DNA of 32,000 nt, taken from positions 1,980,001-2,012,000 of the forward strand of contig NC_008312.1 of assembly GCF_000014265.1 (NCBI RefSeq), written 5' to 3'. The notes beneath the pieces are model-generated. The model was not told the origin of the DNA, searched no databases, and saw only the letters and a program-made list of their open reading frames with translations. This stretch comes from Trichodesmium erythraeum IMS101. GTDB taxonomy: Bacteria > Cyanobacteriota > Cyanobacteriia > Cyanobacteriales > Microcoleaceae. Numbering within the stretch: position 1 is the first letter of the stretch; each line of letters begins with the position of its first letter. Positions 29,330 through 32,000 of this stretch are shown here, piece by piece. Both the position numbers and the translations under genes were made by a program.

Positions 29330-31161
29330 TTTGACGATCCTTGAGGATTAACATAATGGCAGTGAGGAGCTGAGTTTTCAGTTTCTCTTAGGTTAACTAT
29401 ATTAACTATATTAAAGCTGATTTATAAATAGAATCTCAATAAAGTTGGATCAAGATGAAATTATTTGTTACATCGTAATAGATTAACTTACAATAGCCCT
29501 CAATAATTTCGAGAATGTTTAAAGAAAATTAATTAAAATTTAGAAGAAGAAAAATGCTTGGTAAATTGTGATTAATTTTATACCTATGCGCAAAAAAAAA
29601 TCCTGTAAGAACATAAAGCATATTCCAAGTATATGAAGTACAGATATTAATCATTAAATGTTTCTAGTATGGGCATCTTGCAAACTCTTTAATGGTTGTG
29701 GTGCATCATTTTTTTGACCATATTAGGGATATTGAATACAAGGTCTTTACAGTAGCAAAATTTTTAATTCCTCAATCTATATTTGTATAGATATGATAGA
29801 AGTATTAATTACAAGTTTAAGCCGAAAAATATCTCCATTGAGAATTTAGATGTAGATGACTAGAGGTATTGTAATTGGATGAATAAAATTCCCAAAGGTT
29901 GGGTTTATATTCCTGGTCTTTTTCGTCTTATTAGAGAAAGTTGGCAAACGGGTAGAAAAGTCTATGAGAATAAATTTTTCGTCAATAATGACCATGGTTA
30001 TATCTTGATTCATCTGTGTTTAATCAAGTACATCCTCCTTGATTACATCGTAAATTTTGGGGATTTATGCACAGTGTTATTTATCAACTCCAAAGTTTAT
30101 AATTTGGTCACTTTATTGTGCATATTTTATGTTTAATTTTGAATAGTTCTTATTTTTTGTTACCTGATTATTATAATAAAATACCTACTTTTTATGATAC
30201 TTGGATATCAACAATTCTTTTCTTTCATATTCTTGAAAATTTAAATGGGAGACCTAATTCTTTAGAAAGGTTAGCATTCTAAATACGCCTAACAAAAACA
30301 GATAAATTTTCGGTGGTTTGGTAAATGTGTAATGCTTCTTTTCTAGAAATTAGCACAATCTTAGATTTCAAGTAGTACAGTGGTAAATAAATGGAATAAT
30401 TAAGTATGTTTAAAGAAGGATTAGACTAGATTTTTGATTGAGTTTTACAATAGTTTTATTCTCTTCTATATTCCGTGCTTTAAAAAGTAGTATAAAAAAT
30501 GTTTCAGCTATTAGTTGATCAGGAAATATAAAAGGCTTCAGATATCAGACTATAGGGTGAGTAATATTAGCTGAATAAAAGTGATTATTCTCCCCAATGC
30601 TTCTTAAAAACTTACTCCTGTAATACCGTTTTACGAAAGTCATACATTCATTCATTTAAAACTCATGCATGAATATTTTATATTATAGGATCTATTCTTT
30701 AAAACTGTAGTAGCTTCAATAAATTATTCTACTTCCATTGTTTGAAACTAAGTAGGTTGGTGTTGAAATTTGTCGCTATGTAACAAAATGTAAATTAACC
30801 TCAAATCAACTGTGTGAAGGATCTTAGATTCAGTACACAAATATTAATATAGCTAAGTTTTTTCACGCCACCTACTTAGTTTGCTTGGTATGCTGGGGGT
30901 CAGGGGAGGGTTAACTTCATTTCTGCCGCGTAGCGCTTAAGCCCAAATATATTCTAATAAGGTTTAGATAAAACTAAAACTCATGAATTAAGAATTAATT
31001 AGAGTAGCCGTTTAGATTACAGAATTACCAAAAAATCCTTAACTGAACTTATTGGATTATAGTTCAATTTGACTGATTAAGTGGTGTAAGTCCTATTAGT
31101 AAAAACACAGCAATAATTAATAAGGGAAAAATTATATTTGAATTTTTCAAGGGTGAATAAA

Positions 31162-32000
31162 TTATTTTAATGCTTTCTCAATTAAGTCTTTTAAGGTAGA
31201 TAATACTTGCGCGACAACAATTTCCTGGCATTGGTGAGTAGATCTTTCTATAAGTTCAACCTTGCCAGATTTTAATGATCGCCCAGTAACTATTCGATAG
31301 GGAATACCAATTAAATCTGCATCTTTAAATTTAACACCTGCACGTTCATCTCGGTCATCTAAAATAGTGTCTATTCCTGCTTCATTTAATTCCTTATAAA
31401 GATTTCCTGCTACTTCTATTTGTTGAGTATCTTTAATATTAGGAATACAAATAACTACATGATAGGGAGCAATAGCCACAGGCCAAATTATACCATCTTT
31501 GTCATAAGACTGTTCTACTGCCGCTTGGGCTAAACGAGACACTCCCACACCATAACATCCCATTAACAATGGTACTTCCTGGCCCTGTTCATTTGTATAG
31601 GTTGCTCCCATAGCTTCAGAATATTTTGTCCCCAACTGAAATATATGACCCACCTCAATGCCTCTAGCAGTTTCTAGAGTTTTACTAGGGTCATGTACAG
31701 CGCGATCGCCTTTTTTAGCCTTTCGCACATCTACCACCAACTTTGGCAAAGCAAATTCTTGACCCCAATTTGCCCCCACAATATGATTACCTAGTTCATT
31801 ACTACCAGTTGCAAAATTTGTCAAGTATACTGCTGTTTTATCGACCATTCGTAGGAACTTAGGACTAACCTGTTTACTAGAAGTGATATAATCATCAGAT
31901 AAATCTGGAGCAATATAACCCAAAGGTAAAGACTTAGCTGCCCATTTCTTTTGAGCTTCCACATCCGGTACACTCAAAGCCAAAACAGTTTTGGCCTCAT
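31162..32000 (-). CDS. proS: Prolyl-tRNA synthetase, C-terminal part (gene runs off the window edge)
   Basis: Has motif-3 region [37 protein letters not shown] and a C-terminal anticodon-binding domain ([25 protein letters not shown]). The frame is still open at 32000. Confidence 0.93.
   Translation of the reverse strand, partial: EAKTVLALSVPDVEAQKKWAAKSLPLGYIAPDLSDDYITSSKQVSPKFLRMVDKTAVYLTNFATGSNELGNHIVGANWGQEFALPKLVVDVRKAKKGDRAVHDPSKTLETARGIEVGHIFQLGTKYSEAMGATYTNEQGQEVPLLMGCYGVGVSRLAQAAVEQSYDKDGIIWPVAIAPYHVVICIPNIKDTQQIEVAGNLYKELNEAGIDTILDDRDERAGVKFKDADLIGIPYRIVTGRSLKSGKVELIERSTHQCQEIVVAQVLSTLKDLIEKALK

Noticed and set aside
29879-30136. ORF 29879-30136 (+), 85 aa
   Set aside because: The first third (IPKGWVYIPGLFRLIRESWQTGRKVYE) has protein-like composition, but the rest is AT-driven Ile/Leu/Tyr/Phe. 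It has no motif and no SD, so it is possibly a relic of unknown origin.
1-32000. Search for CRISPR arrays, tRNA/rRNA/tmRNA/RNase P genes, group I/II intron cores, reverse transcriptases (retron/DGR), restriction-modification or other defence gene clusters
   Set aside because: I could find no regularly spaced direct repeats, no cloverleaf-capable sequences, no intron domain V-like hairpin, no RT or nuclease ORFs, and no TR/VR-type near-duplicate pair. By-eye scanning can miss short or degenerate RNAs, so covariance-model scans (Infernal/Rfam, tRNAscan-SE) are still advisable.

Overview
AT-rich cyanobacterial chromosome. The octamer GCGATCGC (HIP1) occurs 8 times, far above chance at this composition. 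Low GC, low coding density and IS load fit a Trichodesmium-like filamentous marine cyanobacterium; that assignment is inference only. I call 13 intact-looking genes, mostly housekeeping: bestrophin-like channel, secreted HExxH peptidase-like protein, DUF4112 protein, DnaK, Cu(I) P1B-ATPase, orphan NitT/TauT-type ABC ATPase, signal peptidase I, a small TM protein, CYP38/TLP40-like cyclophilin, EF-P, AccB (BCCP), GerMN protein and a partial ProS. They sum to about 11.8 kb, roughly 37% of the window. About 8.4 kb more (26%) is gene wreckage that only shows when translating through many stops and frameshifts. It comprises four IS1-family relics, IS630-family relics with a 630-bp internal tandem duplication, an IS1634-like element with shredded transposase but preserved 52-bp inverted ends, an IS4-like relic split by an IS1-like insertion, a ParA-like pseudogene, a lightly damaged cupin pseudogene and two copies of a ~150-bp MITE-like element. 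The remaining ~37% is very AT-rich DNA I cannot assign. I found no CRISPR array, tRNA/rRNA gene, reverse transcriptase, or coherent multi-gene defence or other novel system. The most unusual signals are the inverted MITE pair bracketing the Cu-ATPase/ABC-ATPase segment, AAGTNAR heptamer repeats in the 5' leaders of several minus-strand genes, the intact-ended but coding-dead IS1634-like element, and nested insertions that date the decay. All homology calls come from reading translations by eye and need frameshift-aware searches to confirm.
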